A DNA stretch of 64,000 nucleotides from Octopus sinensis (taxonomy: Eukaryota), in the NCBI RefSeq assembly GCF_006345805.1, contig NC_043014.1:36518001-36582000 (forward strand), in the 5' to 3' direction. Numbering within the stretch: the stretch's first letter is position 1; each line of letters opens with the position of its first letter. Positions 12,480 through 28,869 of the stretch are shown here, piece by piece. The notes below the pieces were generated by a model that was given only the letters and a program-made list of their open reading frames with translations, made no database searches and was not told the origin of the DNA. A program made the translations under genes and the position numbers.

Positions 12480-14278
12480 CGCCAGCAGCAATCCAAAAAC
12501 ATTCTTTTCCCCATGTCCAACGGAATTCCCGCTTGAACAACCAAATTGCAACGTTGGTAGACTCAACAGGCGTATCGATTGAGGACCCTTATCAACAGAG
12601 TCAATTATTTGCCGAGGCTTTTTCAACTATTTTCAAACAAGATGATGTCGTGAACCCCTCCATTTGATAGATCGGTACCTCCAATGCCTCGATTGGTCAT
12701 CACGCGGGACGAGGTCAAACGTGTTATTCAAGGCCTCGATGTCAACAAGGGTCACGGCCCTGATGGCATACACCCACGGGTTATCAAAGTGTTGGCTCCG
12801 GTCATCTGCGAGCCCTCAACACGTCTATTCAATATGTCATTGGCGAAGGGTGTTATACCTGCGGACTGGAGAACAGCGATAATCTGCCCAATTTTCAAGA
12901 AAGGGAGCTGCGAAGACCCGCTTAACTACCGACCGGTTTCCCTTACATCAATAATCAGCAAGATGTTCGAAACCATCCTTAAGAAAAGTATGATGCTCCA
13001 CCTCCAAAACACAGCCTCTATCTCTGATTCCCAACACGGCTTCGTGCCGAAGAGATCATGCTTGACCAACTTACTGGTAATGGAAGAATTGGTGACGCGC
13101 ATCCTCGATGATAGTGATGCTGTTGACATCGTTTTATTGAACTTTGCCAAAGCTTTTGACTCGGTAAACCACCGCCTATTACTTGTCAAGCTTCAAGCAT
13201 ATAGTTTCCATCCGGATATTGTACGATGGGTTGGTGCCTTCCTCTCAGATCGCTCCTTCCAAGTCCAAGTTAATGGTTCGCGGTCTCCAGGGCGAGCAGT
13301 GGCGTGCCTCAAGGTTCAGTGCTTGGGCCCTTATTGTTCTTAGTCTTCATAAATGACTTGCCCGACGACCTCACGCAACACACCCTTCTATTTGCCGACG
13401 ATGTCAAACTGCTCGCTCCTCGTAGTGATATAGAGGATCTTCGTCGATGCCTCCACCAAATTTGGAGGTGGTCTAACGAATGGGACATGTGTCTGAACGT
13501 GTCAAAGTGCTGTCATCTGCCTGTTGGCTCTCCTCCTGCAACTCAACTTCATTTCGAGCCGGGTCGTCTGCTGCTGGAGAGGACCGATCAGGTAAAGGAC
13601 CTGGATATCTTGGTGGATTCCTCCTTTTCGCCCTAGGCCCAGTGCGTCCATGCTGCCAACAAAGCACGCAGAATTCTGTTCTTGATTCGACGGTCATTCG
13701 GAAAGCTCACAGCAGCCATATTCCTACCGCTCTATGTCACGCTGGTGAGACCCATATTGGAGTACGGGATTCAAGCCTCTTCTCCTTATCTCCTCAAAGA
13801 CATACAGCATCTCGAAAGAGTCCAGAAGCTGGCTATCCGCATGGTTCATGGTCTCAAGAATTTCTCTTATGAAGAAAGGCTGAAGACGCTCGACCTTTAT
13901 TCTCTAGAAAAACGCCGCCGCCGTGGTGATCTCATTCTCGCTCACAACTTCATATGCGGAAAGTGTAACCTCTCGAAAGAGCTGTTCTTCACTCCTGCTC
14001 CAGAGCGTCGACTGCGAGGTCATTGCGAAAAGCTCTACCCGCGACGATTTCATCTCAATCGAAGGAGAGGAGCTTTCTCCGTCCGAGTTGCGGATCCGTG
14101 GAACAAGCTGCCAGACGAGATGATGAAGATGTCGACGACCGCTTTGTTCAAAGTCTCCCTTGACCTCAAGTGGCCTGAACTCTTTACATGAACACCACCC
14201 TCTACTTAACTCCATGTCCCCCTACATGGCCTTGCTTTTTGCATTTGAGCCAAAAAATTAACTAACTAACTAACTAAC
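12480..14278 (+). mobile_element. CR1-clade LINE, 5'-truncated, with frameshifts
   Basis: GPDGIHPRV, NYRPVSLTS, KAFDSV, PQGSVLGPLLF, FADDVK and LRGH...F..RV...WNKLP motifs. 3' tail (TAAC)n. Confidence 0.92.
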
Positions 14279-14282
14279 ATAC

Positions 14283-17200
14283 ATGATGGCCGTCCACTTG
14301 TGACCGAGGAAGACCATTGCCGACCTTCAGGAACATTGTGCGCTCTAGGACTAACTTATATTTTGCATTTGCGGCTCCGTTGGTGGCTAATGAGCCCTGC
14401 TCTTGACAAGCATACACGACTGCAAACATTGCAGACCAAGCTTTCCCCATTCACTATACGAGCTGTGCGCTATCGCGCAGCTTGCTTAAGTTCTCCATGC
14501 TGGATACGTGCTCTCTCGAAAGTGTCGATCCCCTCCTTAACCTGTTTCCTCCATCTGTGGCGATGACAGGCATTGTTCTCCCAGTCAGTGTCCTGCATAT
14601 CAAAGGCCTTTAACGAGGACTTGACACAGTCCTTAAATCGCAGCCTTGGTTTCTGCCGGAGTCTCATTCCATTCACAAGTTCTCCATAGAGCATCTGCTT
14701 AGGAACCCTTCTATCCTCCATTCTAATAAGGTGTCCAGTCCAACTCAACCGGTGCTTGTTTACCATCGCCTCAATACTCAAGATATCAGCTGTCCTCAAG
14801 ATCTGTGTGTCCAGAATTTTTGAGGTCCAGCCAACATTGAGAATGTGTCTGAGATATCTCTGATGAAAACGTTCAAGTATCCTTACCTGACGCTTGTACA
14901 GAGTCCATGTCTCACATGAGTAGAGAAGCGATGTCAGTACACAAGCACGGTACACAGCAACTTTTGTTCTCCTTCCGATGCCATGTTGGGATCAGACACG
15001 AGACTGAAGAGACCGGAAGGAATTAGTTGCTTTCTGCAACCTGAAAGATATTTCCTCATCCAGGGAGCAAGAACGGCTGAGTGTGCTGCCCAGGTAGACA
15101 AACTTGCCTACTACCTTCAGAATTGTTTCTTCAACCAAGATAGCTGGTTCTATATATGGATTTCCTGGTGCAGGCTGGAACATTACAACAGTCTTGTCCA
15201 GGCTAATGCTGAGTCCAAATGCCCTGCAAGAAGCAGAAATGCAATTCATGAGTATTTGCATGTCATCCACTGTATGAGTGACTAAGTCACAGTCATCTGC
15301 ATAAAGGAGGTCACGAATAATAGACTGGGACACCTTTGAATTGGCAGCAAATCGGCGAAGATTAAAGAGGCGGCCAGAAGATCGATATCTAACATATATT
15401 CCCAGAGAGTTAACCTTAGCAAAAGCAAGAGTAAAAACAGCAGCAAAGTACAAAGAAAAGAGAGTTGGGGCAAGGATGTCACCCTGCTTGACACCATTCT
15501 CTACAGGAATGGGTCCCGCCATGGCACCACCAACATTGACCCAAGCCTCCATCCCATCATGAAATGATTTAATTATAGATACAAAGTGATCCGGACATCC
15601 AAGTTTGCCAAGTATTTTCCACAGTAAGGCCCTATTTACAGTATCAAAGGCCTTAGTCAAATCAATGAATACCTGGACAAGATCCATATTCTGCTCATAG
15701 CACTTTTACTGCATCTGTCTTGCTGTGAAAATCATATCCATTGTCCCTCTACCAGATCGGAAGCCACATTGAGATTCAGATAGGACATCATTTACGAGAC
15801 ACCCATTCAGACGGGTAAGAAGAATATTTGCTAGAACCTTGCCAGCAGCTGATAGTAGAGCAATACCTCTGTTGTTACCACACACTGTTCTGGCTCCTTT
15901 CCTTTATATAGAGGAAGAATAATTGCATCCTTCCAGTCCTTAGGGATTGCACGATCCCTTCAGACTGCACTAATAAGTTCATGAAGGGACTGTGTGATGC
16001 AATTACCACCAAATCGCAAGGCCTCAGCACAAATTCCATCCTTTCCAGGTGCCCTACCAAGATTCAATTTACTTATTGATGTCATTACTTCATGTATTGA
16101 TGGCGAGGAGTCTAAGGAGTCAATGATAGGTCTTTGTTTCATAGTATCAATCACTGTTTCATCCACAACTGACTCATGAATTAGGAGTTTAGAGAAGTGT
16201 TCGATCCAGCGACCTGTGATTTCTATTGATTTAGTAAACAGAGTGGAAGACTCCTTGGAAAGCAAAGGAGCTGATGTGGAGCTCTTAGGTCCATAAGCTC
16301 GCTTCATAAGATGGTAAAGCTGATTGCTGTCATTTGCATCAGCAGCAGCCTGAACATCACGAGCAAGATCCTCCCACCAAGTGTTCTGGATCTTCCTGAG
16401 AGATCGCTGCAGTAGTGATTTTACACTGTTATAGTGGGCAAGTGCTAGACTTCGCTGCACAGTAGACTGTTCTCTGTGCAGCAACACACTGTGGGCATGG
16501 TGCTTCACCACTAATAGTCGTTGAATTTCAGCATCATTCTCATCAAACCAGTCTGTGTCTGGCAGTAACATACCCTAGTGTCTCGGCTGCACATTGAACA
16601 ACTTGGTCTCGAAACTCTTCCCATGCTGCAGCAGTTTCAATGCTGGACAAGCGAGTCTGAAGCTCTTTCCTAACCACAACGTCATATACCTTGTGGACAT
16701 TTAGACGGCGAGGAATGCTGACTGGTCCTCTTCTCTCTTTCGCCCTAATCACCATTCGGAACTTTGCTCGCAACAGACTGTGGTCTGTCCAGCATTCTGA
16801 TCCATGCAATGACTTGACATTACAAATGTCGTAAATATCGCGTTTGCGGATGATGACGTAATACAGCAAATGCCAAATTTTGGACCTTGGATGCATCCAT
16901 GTTTTTGTGTGATCACCTTTGTGCACAAAATGAGTACTTGCAATGTAAAAGCCATGTTCTTCGCAAAGCTCCAGTAGCATGAGACCATTGCTATTCATTT
17001 TCCCTACTCTAAAACGTCCTAGAGAGTTCTGTGTTTGCCAGTCTGTTCCTACTCTGGCATTAAAATCCCCCAGTAGAATGACTTTATCAGAATTGGGGAT
17101 TTTTCTAAGTATGGCTCTCAGCTGGGTATAAAAGATTATTTTATCTTCATCACAGCTTGTCAAAGTAGGTGCATAGGCACTTATTAGAGTAGCAAACCGC

Positions 17201-17870
17201 TTACCTTTCAAGTGCAACCGTAGGGTCATTATACGTTCATCTATAGGGACAGGGAGCTCTTCCAACTTCTTCAGGATATCAGATCGGACTGTAAAACCAA
17301 CACCAGCCTCTCTGCGCTCCTCCTTCTGCCTTCCTTTCCCAAAAAAAGGTGTATCCGCCTCCTACTTCCTCAAGCTGACCATCACCTTCTATACGAGTCT
17401 CTGAGAGTGCAGCTATATCAATTTTATAACGGTTCAGCTCACGAGCAACAAGTGCAGTGCGTCTTTCAGGCCTGCAATCACTCTTGTTGTCCAACAGAGT
17501 ACGCACATTCCAACATGAAATGTTTAAGTTCCGTCCAGATTTTATAGATAAACGACTCTTTGTTTTTCGAGCGCAGAGTAGGCGTCCGTCAGTCACGCTA
17601 AACTGACAAGATATGGAAAGACAGGCAATTTTTGGTTCACCTTTTCTAGAACCTCCTCGGTCTCCAGGTGAGCAGTGCCCTCTCCAAATGGAGCTGCTCA
17701 GACACTAATGCAGCAACCGAATCTTACCGCTGTCTTGGGCGACAAGGAGACGACTTTATATCTAGCATGGGCCACCTACGTGCAGGTCGCTGACTACATG
17801 CTTCCAACCCGTCAGGTCTGCATGCTTCACCACCTTCCCATCGCCGCAGGACTTCTGAAAAAAAATTCCT
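14283..17870 (-). mobile_element. Near full-length RTE (BovB-like) LINE with APE endonuclease and RT, frameshifted
   Basis: NISCWNVRTL, IAALSETR, LLGDFNARVG, KTWMHPRSK, CWTDH, FIDLTKAFDTVNR, GVKQGDILAP, LLYADD and LYSCETWT motifs. Confidence 0.93.
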
Positions 17871-19105
17871 AAAAATGAAGAAAATATATACTAAAAATAA
17901 GATATATATAAAAAAAAAGTCGGCAATGCCTGTGCAGAGTTTTAGGTCCAATAAGGCGTTCACAACACCTCATAGACCCTCTCAACTCTATTGACATTAT
18001 CCAGAGACAAGTCGGAGCAAGATGTCTGGTGCCAATATGAGTCGCAAGCACAGGGATGTGAGAGCGCCGTGATCTCTAGCACAAACCAAAGATCCCCAAA
18101 ATGTTCAATGCCATTCCCTGCATATCTGGTTTTTATATCAGAGTGACCTTCTCCTAGAGACGTGCTTTAACAAAAGCTGAGGGGCGCCTCACTCCCAGTG
18201 GTCTTTCAGCACGCCGGACACCACCCCGGAATTTCTACGTACCCGTGCTAACATTTATTGGATGGCCGTTGACTCTCAAGAGGTCCTCCGCCCTTTGACA
18301 GGTTTTGTTTTTCATCCAATAAACACCCTCCTCACCAAGCAAGCTTGGTGGGGTTGCCGGTTTAGTCGCCGAGGACCCGACCATGCAACAGGTTGTACTG
18401 GGTTACATGTTACCAGTAGCACTCGAAGGTGACCTGAGACATACATACATACATACATACATACATACATAGGTACATATATACGAGCATTGCATGCATA
18501 CATACATACATACACGTATAGTTTCTTTCTAAATTGGCAATGCTTTCTTTTTTACAGGTTATTTCGAAACTTCCAAGCGAAAATTAACTCACATTTTCTC
18601 CGGAAATAAATATTTGACTCCATACTATATATTGTGTGCTTTCTGTAGTTAGTGCTCATTGATTTCTGATATTGAAAACATACCTTAATGTTTGTTTGTG
18701 TGTATATGGGTACATATGCTCTGATACACATGAATTTAGAAAGATATAATAAAACAATTTTTCGTATATAAGTACACAATCTCTATCGTTTTGCAACTAG
18801 TAACTATTTTCCCTAGGTTAGGAGAAGTATAAAGAGAAATGACATTGTTTTACGTTGACAGGTATAGTGTAGCGGAATTAAAAGGGTATTGGAAAATGTG
18901 TAAAGTTTTTGAAAATTTGGGTCAATAAATCCCAATGGAATCAAATTACACGTCTATATACGCACATACACTTATGCAAGCGAACACACACGCCTATATG
19001 CGCACATACCCGCACACGTCTATACACGCACACACACCATTAAGGGAACTATACTCTAAGAAACTTTTAGAGAAAATTACAGACTTGATTATGCGCATAA
19101 GATGG

Positions 19106-19175
19106 AAGGTATTATCCATATAAATCAAATGGGGTGATTATAATCGCCCCATTTGATTTATATGGATAATACCTT
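19106..19175. repeat. 70-bp spacer-less palindrome with one G/T mismatch
   Basis: aaggtattatccatataaatcaaatggggtgatta|taatcgccccatttgatttatatggataatacctt. Confidence 0.95.
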
Positions 19176-19193
19176 ACTAGATTCTGGTACCTG

Positions 19194-19277
<84 letters not shown>

Positions 19278-19279
19278 TA

Positions 19280-20650
<1,371 letters not shown>

Positions 20651-20878
20651 CACTCTGCCGACTCCTTTAATATGCTTGTGTATCCAACCAAATACAGCGT
20701 AGATCAGCGTAGATTCGCTTACCGAATATATTTATGGTAGGAGGAATTGAGAACTTTCAAAGGATCCAGTGGAGGGGAACGCCAATCAACTAAGCAGAGT
20801 TATGAGATATTCTGATGAAGAAACAGTGAGCTTGTTGCTAAGCACAATGTCAGAATTCGAAGAGATGAACGTACCGTG

Positions 20879-21290
20879 GATCTTTGTGGTTTGAACGGCA
20901 GTCTTTTCTAGCGGTGTCATATGAAATTGTCACCCATAATTATGTCCCTGGTATCGATCTATTGCATTTCAATCTGTTTTAGGGTTTGGGTTAGGGTTAG
21001 GGTTAGGGGTAGAGTGAAGGGTATCTTTTTTTCTTCAGAAATGTAAATAAACACAATCTGTTCCTTACGGCACAGAATGGTATTTTGCCTCAATAGACGT
21101 CATTGATTGGTTGAAATTGCAGAAATTGAAGAAGAAAAAACAACAAATATCTTACAAACCATAGAATCTTCTCAATAAAGCCAAGAAAAAAAGATGTTTT
21201 ATAAACACATTCTACCAGTATACGAAGTTTAAAAGTGTTTAGTTACGTGGAAATTATTTTTAAAAAACTGCCGTTCAAACCGAAAAGATC
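20879..21290. mobile_element. MITE with TIR gatcttttcggtttgaacggcagt and an internal (TTAGGG)n tract (inverted partner 62723-63131)
   Basis: Terminal inverted repeats visible in both copies. Confidence 0.8.
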
Positions 21291-21559
21291 ATTTTCTCAA
21301 AACAACTTGTCCGACCGTCCCATAGGCCTCCCCTATGGTATGTAAGTCTTTGATATATGGTGGCTAGAGCAGCCAAGCGTCACGGCTTGGTCAGTTTAAG
21401 GCCATCTGACCTCGTGGCTCTGAATGTTTAATCAGACGCACAGACAGACACTAAACTATCAAAAGTTTATTCAGGCACACACGCCAGTATACACTCACAC
21501 GTATGTGCGCCTGCCCATCCGCACGCACATTCATGTATACATATACATACGTACATACC

Positions 21560-22410
21560 TATATCATGTGGGGCACGATATAGAGATGGGATCTTCCGAC
21601 TCCGCACAATGCACTGATTCAGTTGGGGCCTGCATCCTATCCTTAATCCTCCCAGGGATCGGAGGGAGCTTCTTTTTTAACCGTTGCACTGATGTAGAAC
21701 TTGAAAGCCATAAGAAGAAACTATATAAATTATTTAAGAATTCTGGACTAGCAGTAACTGTAGAAATGGAATACCGCAAGGTTAACTTCCTATGTGCCGC
21801 ATTCAACTTTGACACCAGACTCTTACGAGCCTTTCACCGAACCAAATTCCAACCTAAAATACATTATTTCCAGGTCGAATCACCCACCCTCCATTATACG
21901 GTGTCTTGCATAGAATATTCAGACCAGGGTTTCGCGACTGTCTGACTCCGAAATTATTTGACCTGCATGCACCTTATTACAATGAGGCACTGGCTAGGGC
22001 AGGACACGGAGAATGCATTAACTTCATACTCCAGAATGACACACACACCACACACACAAATGATACGCAGACAACAAATACAGGCTCAAAAACACCTTCA
22101 CCTACGGAAATTACATTATATTGTAAACGACATTATATCTGTTGAATATAGGGTGGTACCTGTGTGATTTTGGGAAGCACCTGTCAAATGCTGTGAAAAA
22201 CTGTCTGACGATCTTGGAAGTCACATTTGAGGCGTGGATCAGGTTATACCGGAGAACTGTGTGGTTTCAGCATTTGGTGTTAGGCATTTTTATGTGAGTG
22301 TGTTGTGTTTGTTTAGTTCGATCAATATTGTCAGGTGTAATTTTGTTTAGGTGAGAGAATTTATGGTTAGGAGGATTAGTATCACGGTTATTGTTATGGT
22401 TGGGTTTTAC
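21560..22410 (+). mobile_element. Penelope-like RT relic (inverted partner about 61590-62460)
   Basis: KKLYKLFKNSGLAVTVEM..KVNFL..AFNF and YNEAL..AG are typical of the PLE RT C-terminal region. Confidence 0.7.
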
Positions 22411-22438
22411 ACATTTATGGTGGTGTAATGTGTCAGTG

Positions 22439-22566
<128 letters not shown>

Positions 22567-23426
22567 TGTGTGTACATAATACTATGACGTATGGCCAACC
22601 AAAACCTCGTGAGTAGATCCGGTGATGAAAACGGAAAGAAGACCTGTACATGTATGTGTGTGTGTATGTATGTATGTATGTATGTATGTATGTATGCATG
22701 CATGTATTTATGCATGTGTGTATGCGTATATACATATATATATTTATATATCAAGAGAGTGAGAAAGAGAGAGGGGCTAAGAGCTGGTTCCACACTCAAC
22801 AAAACCATGGATTCCCAAACCAGGGCACCACAAACAGATGCAGTCTGAAGTCATACCTAGGGTATAAATATTTCCACAAAACATCTGTCTGTTTGCCAGC
22901 AGCATAAATTGGTTGAAACCACAGAAAAGCATCTTTAGTGAAGCACTGAAAACAAAAGATTCTTGTGCCATCCGATATTTTTTTCTTATTCTTTTCCAAC
23001 TCGTCTTTTGTAGGAAACCCTCATCAGTTTCTTTCTATCTCACTAACTGGTGTTTCTTCTTTACGCCACCAGTGTAATATCTGTCCACATGCGGAGTACA
23101 CCTCCGAAATAGTCCTGTGATCTTCAGGACTCATCTCATCCGGCCATGTATCATTACAGGCTTCTCTGCGCCTACCTCAACTGAATAGTGTGTAGTATTG
23201 ATGGTTGCCAAATGAAGACAGAGCGACAGGAGCGGATGGTCGATACAGAGGTGAATTAATGGCTTGCGCACTTGGAATGAAAAAGTGAAAGAGAGCGAGA
23301 GAGAAAAAGACAGACAGAAAGTTTGAGAGAGACAAAGAGAGTGACAGACAAACAGACAGATATGAGGACAGATCTTTTCAAACACAGTAAATTGTCATTC
23401 ATGAAGCCTCTTCCTTCATCTCTTAA

Positions 23427-23645
23427 CCCTTTAGTGTTCTGATTATTCTATCAAACATAATGCTAATTGATTCACATTGATCTGAATTAATCATGCATTA
23501 ACTCATATCTTCAAGATCTTGATGGTGTAATTACCTAATGTAGAATAACATTGTAGGATAGGTGTGAGAGCCTGGATCTGGTCAGTTTGAACAAAAAACA
23601 GATTAAATATTTTGGCCGGATATGGCGGGTTTAAATACTAAAGGG
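23427..23645. mobile_element. piggyBac-like MITE
   Basis: TTAA|ccctttagt ... actaaaggg|TTAA (9-bp TIR, TTAA target duplication). Absent from the right arm. Confidence 0.75.
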
Positions 23646-23699
23646 TTAAGTAGAGGTTCAAGATCTTAAGGTCATTCTTCTTCACCACTCCATGCCATG

Positions 23700-24310
23700 T
23701 CTTGGCCATCTCTCTTCCATAGCTCTTTCTACGTTTAGCGATTGGCAATCTTTATACAGCTGTCTTCATCCACCCGCATCCCATGAACATACCAGTGTAA
23801 TTACCCCTCCAGCACACCACGTGATGCCTTTTTTTCCTCAACTTTTCTCTCACCACATTTGGTTTTAGTCGTACAGGCACACTGATGTGGAACATCCATC
23901 GTGGTATGCTACTTTCATAGCTTTCTATCCATCGCATATTTTCTGCATTCACATCCCAAGTTACACTATTACGTGACATTGTTGTTCGTACACAGGTATT
24001 ATACAATCTGGCTTTCGCTCTGACAAAGCTATCATTTGTTACAAACAGCTCTTGTTCTAGCAGTTATACGTTCAGAACATATTTTTGCCCTGTTAATTTG
24101 GTCTCATATTTAACAGAAACTGTCTCCTAATTTTAGGGAACCGCCTGGCCATTCCAAAAAGTCTTTTTCCGGTGCACTCTCATTGTTTATTTATCTAGCA
24201 GGTCTATTACAAAGTTTACTTTTCCTGTTAACCTTCCACTGCAACTCTTACATGTCCGTAGTTTACCTTTCCCTTGAATAACACTGGTGGCGTGGAGAGA
24301 GGAGGCCGGT
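23700..24310 (-). mobile_element. RTE-like LINE 3' relic (partner about 60130-60560 +)
   Basis: YNTCVRTTM...TW....ENMRWIE..E....RWM is a decayed RT C-terminus. Confidence 0.6.
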
Positions 24311-25020
24311 ATGCATGGGCGACTGCTGGTCTTCCATAAACAACCTTGCCCGGACTTGCCCTGGGAGGGTAACTTTCAAGGTGCAATCCCACGGTCAGTT
24401 ATGACCGAAGGAGGTTTCAGCATGGGACTATATAAGATAGCCTGAACTTTCTGTCTAAGCTGTTTAGTTCGTCTACTGTCCATGTGATTATTATTATTAT
24501 TGTGTGAGAGAGCAGTGCAAAGTGACACTGGGGTAAAATATACGAAGCCCAGTATACCCATCATGACTACCCGTCTGATAAGAGTACACCAGGCACATGC
24601 ATCACAACCATATGTGCGCGACATGGTGATCTCATAACAAGATAAACAGCGCATGACCTTGCGGGTGGGGCCCAGTTAGAATTTTCTTCTGGTCGGTTAA
24701 CCCATCCCACTCAAAAGGTCCCTGATTAAGTGTTGTTTACGGATGTTGAATGAAACACCCATGTTTCCAGAGGTGAATTATTCAAACCTCAGATGCTCCC
24801 CCACTACTTCTGCTTGTGATTAGAGATGCATATATCGTCAGCCACTAAGGGACATGGTCAACTGGTTAAGGTCAAACAACTGACAAGCAAATCTGTGGTA
24901 TTAAGAAGAATATTTACCAAGACAAAACAATGTACATGATAACACTTCCAATCAGTTAAGATCAGAAGCCACGAGAGCCACTGCTTGGTACTTATCATTA
25001 TTATTATTATTATTATTATT

Positions 25021-25342
25021 CAGTAGTATATTATATCGTGCTTTCACTTCACTACCGAGCGCAGCTCTGTGTGTCTTGGGTATATGCTGTGATTTGTGGT
25101 GATGCTCTGATGGTTATTGTATGGAAAGTGTTCTGCGTAGGATGTGTGCAGTGCCTAGTAGTGCAATTTTCTGTATGTTATATGTGTTTGTAAGTCCTGG
25201 TGTTTTTGTTATGTATTTGTCTGAATATTTTTTTATCATGCCTAATGCACCTATTATGATAGGAATTGTTTCTGTTTTTAGATTCCACATTCTGGTTACC
25301 TCTATTTCCAGGTATTTGTATTTTGAAAGTTTCTCCATTTCT
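25021..25342 (-). mobile_element. R4/Dong-like element, 3' fragment with (TAA)n tail
   Basis: EKLSKYK.LEIEVTRMWNLKTETIPIIIGALG...ALLGTAHILRRTLSIQ*, the same family as 54571-58449. Confidence 0.9.
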
Positions 25343-25349
25343 AAAGTCA

Positions 25350-26560
25350 CCCAGCCAACTAATATGAACCCTAATAATAGCAAAAATCTAGGCGCCTAAA
25401 CCCACATGAACCCTACGATAATAACACCAATAGGACAGAGACAAGTAACATGAAAGTGAAACATAACTATAGATACAACCGAGGTACATAACTGCACACG
25501 AATCACAAACAAGGAGGGAAGCTTCTACACTAGGAAAAACAACACAAAAGACAAACAAAATAGCGATAATATCAGGCTCGTAATCCCCTACACCATGCAC
25601 CTCAAATCAAATAAAGTTCGCTCATTAATGAAAATCATAGACAAACACCTAAATGTTAATAATAAATACACAGAATTATTTTGGAACAAAATTAGAATAG
25701 GCTACAGTCTGACTAATAACTTAGCCGCAATAATTGCCTCAATGAATTATAAAAATAAATTGACAAATTATACGAAACTAGAAAATAGGGAACAATAAAA
25801 GTAATAACCAACCAACTCATAGGACCACTAACGCAACGCCTTCTGCTGCCTACTTAGGTACTGACCTGAATAATAATTGGCCCCCACAGTACAACACTAA
25901 CGTAGATACACCTAATTATTTATGCGGCTGTAGGGATAGAACAAAGTGCCAATTCTCAAATAGATGTAATACAAATAACGTACTTTACCAATGTGACGTC
26001 CGCACTGACAACCAGACGAAATCTTACATAGGTGCAACTAAGAAGCAAATTATTCTCAGATATAATACGCATCTATCCAGCTTTAGAAATAGGAATAAGG
26101 CAAACTTAGTGCATACATTTGGGAACTTAAGGCTAAAAAAATAGATTTTAGCTTGAACTGGCGTACACTCACAAAAACTACCTCCTGCAACAACCCAAGT
26201 AGACGATGTGATTTCTGCCTATCAGAACGCCTAGCTATACTTACGGCTGAACAAAATCTTGTCAACAGGAAATTTGAGAACAACCTTTTTTTAGTCTCCA
26301 CGTGGGCCAGTATGCATTTTCGAAATACCGTTAGAATAGCCTCTATTGTCCTCATACAGCCCTCTATGCCTTAATAATTCCAAACTAGAATACTCATCTA
26401 TATAAGTAACACAGAGTAACACACGAAACACACGAATAGTCACCCTGCAAACCCAGTCGCCCCTCACATACCATAATAATACACTTTGCAAAGGTTTAGG
26501 GCCCCGCCTAGCATTAAGAAATTCCTAAACTCTAGTAATAAAACAATTATTAGACGTAAC
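25350..26560 (+). mobile_element. Penelope-like element fragment with GIY-YIG endonuclease
   Basis: YIGAT...RY..H..SF...YIW.LK......W.......C...S..C.FCL.E pattern across broken frames. Confidence 0.75.
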
Positions 26561-26658
26561 ACATTTTCAAACCACCCAATATTTACTAACTGATGAACCC
26601 CTTCTGCAAAACTCACAAGTCACAGTCTAATCACACTTTCCCGGAAATAAATATTTGA

Positions 26659-28062
<1,404 letters not shown>

Positions 28063-28074
28063 ATAAATATGTAT

Positions 28075-28443
28075 TGGAATGGATGGAAGCACTCCGTCGG
28101 TTACGACGTCGAGGGTTCCGGTTGATCCGAATCAACGGAACAGTGGCTGAGCACTCCACAGACACGTGTACCCTTAACGTAGTTCTCGGGGATATTCAGC
28201 GTGACACAGAGAGTGACAAGGCCGGCCCTTTGAAATACAGGTACAACAGAAACAGGAAGTAAGAGTGAGAGAAAGTTGTGCTGAAAGAGTACAGCAGGGA
28301 TCACCACCATCCCTGCCGGAGCCTCATGGAGCTTTAGGTGTTTTCGCTCAATAAACACTCACAACGCTAGGTCTGGGAATCGAAACCGCGATTCTACGAC
28401 CGCGAGTCTGCTGCTCTAACCACTGGGCCATTGCGCCTCCACT
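28075..28443 (-). mobile_element. tRNA-derived SINE, family 2
   Basis: Head GTGGAGGCGCAATGGCCCAGTGGTTAG...GTTTCGATTCCC. A sister copy lies at 38687-39067. Confidence 0.85.
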
Positions 28444-28869
28444 ATATTCAGTAAAAGCAATTAAGATTCAAGTGAGTTCTATTGAATTCACATATATGCG
28501 GTACTTAACTTAGATGCACCAGGAATCTATATGGTGTTAACCATAAGATAATGCGGGGTGATTATAAATAAGAAAAAATCAACAAGAATGGATCAATATT
28601 TCGGTACGATTGTTTCGTACGAAGACAGCTTTATTAAGGCTGCAAATATTGCAGTAAATATAAGTGACCCGTACTCATCAGCCGAAAAGGCATCTGAGTT
28701 CTCCAAACATCTAAGGGGGTGATGTTACACTCCTACATCATTAGGGATAGTTCTATAAAAATAAGATTTAGGTAACAAATGGACTTCTGAAAGTTCTTTT
28801 AGTGTTGCACAGTCATATAACGGCTTTTAAAAAAGTATTTTAAAATACTTTTTTAAAATTATACTACGT

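Noticed and set aside
12684-17596. RT and endonuclease ORFs as host genes or active elements
   Set aside because: They are standard CR1 and RTE ORF2 sequences with several frameshifts and stops.
20984-21010. (TTAGGG)n as an interstitial telomere or fusion scar
   Set aside because: Only a few units, internal to a TIR-bounded MITE present twice.
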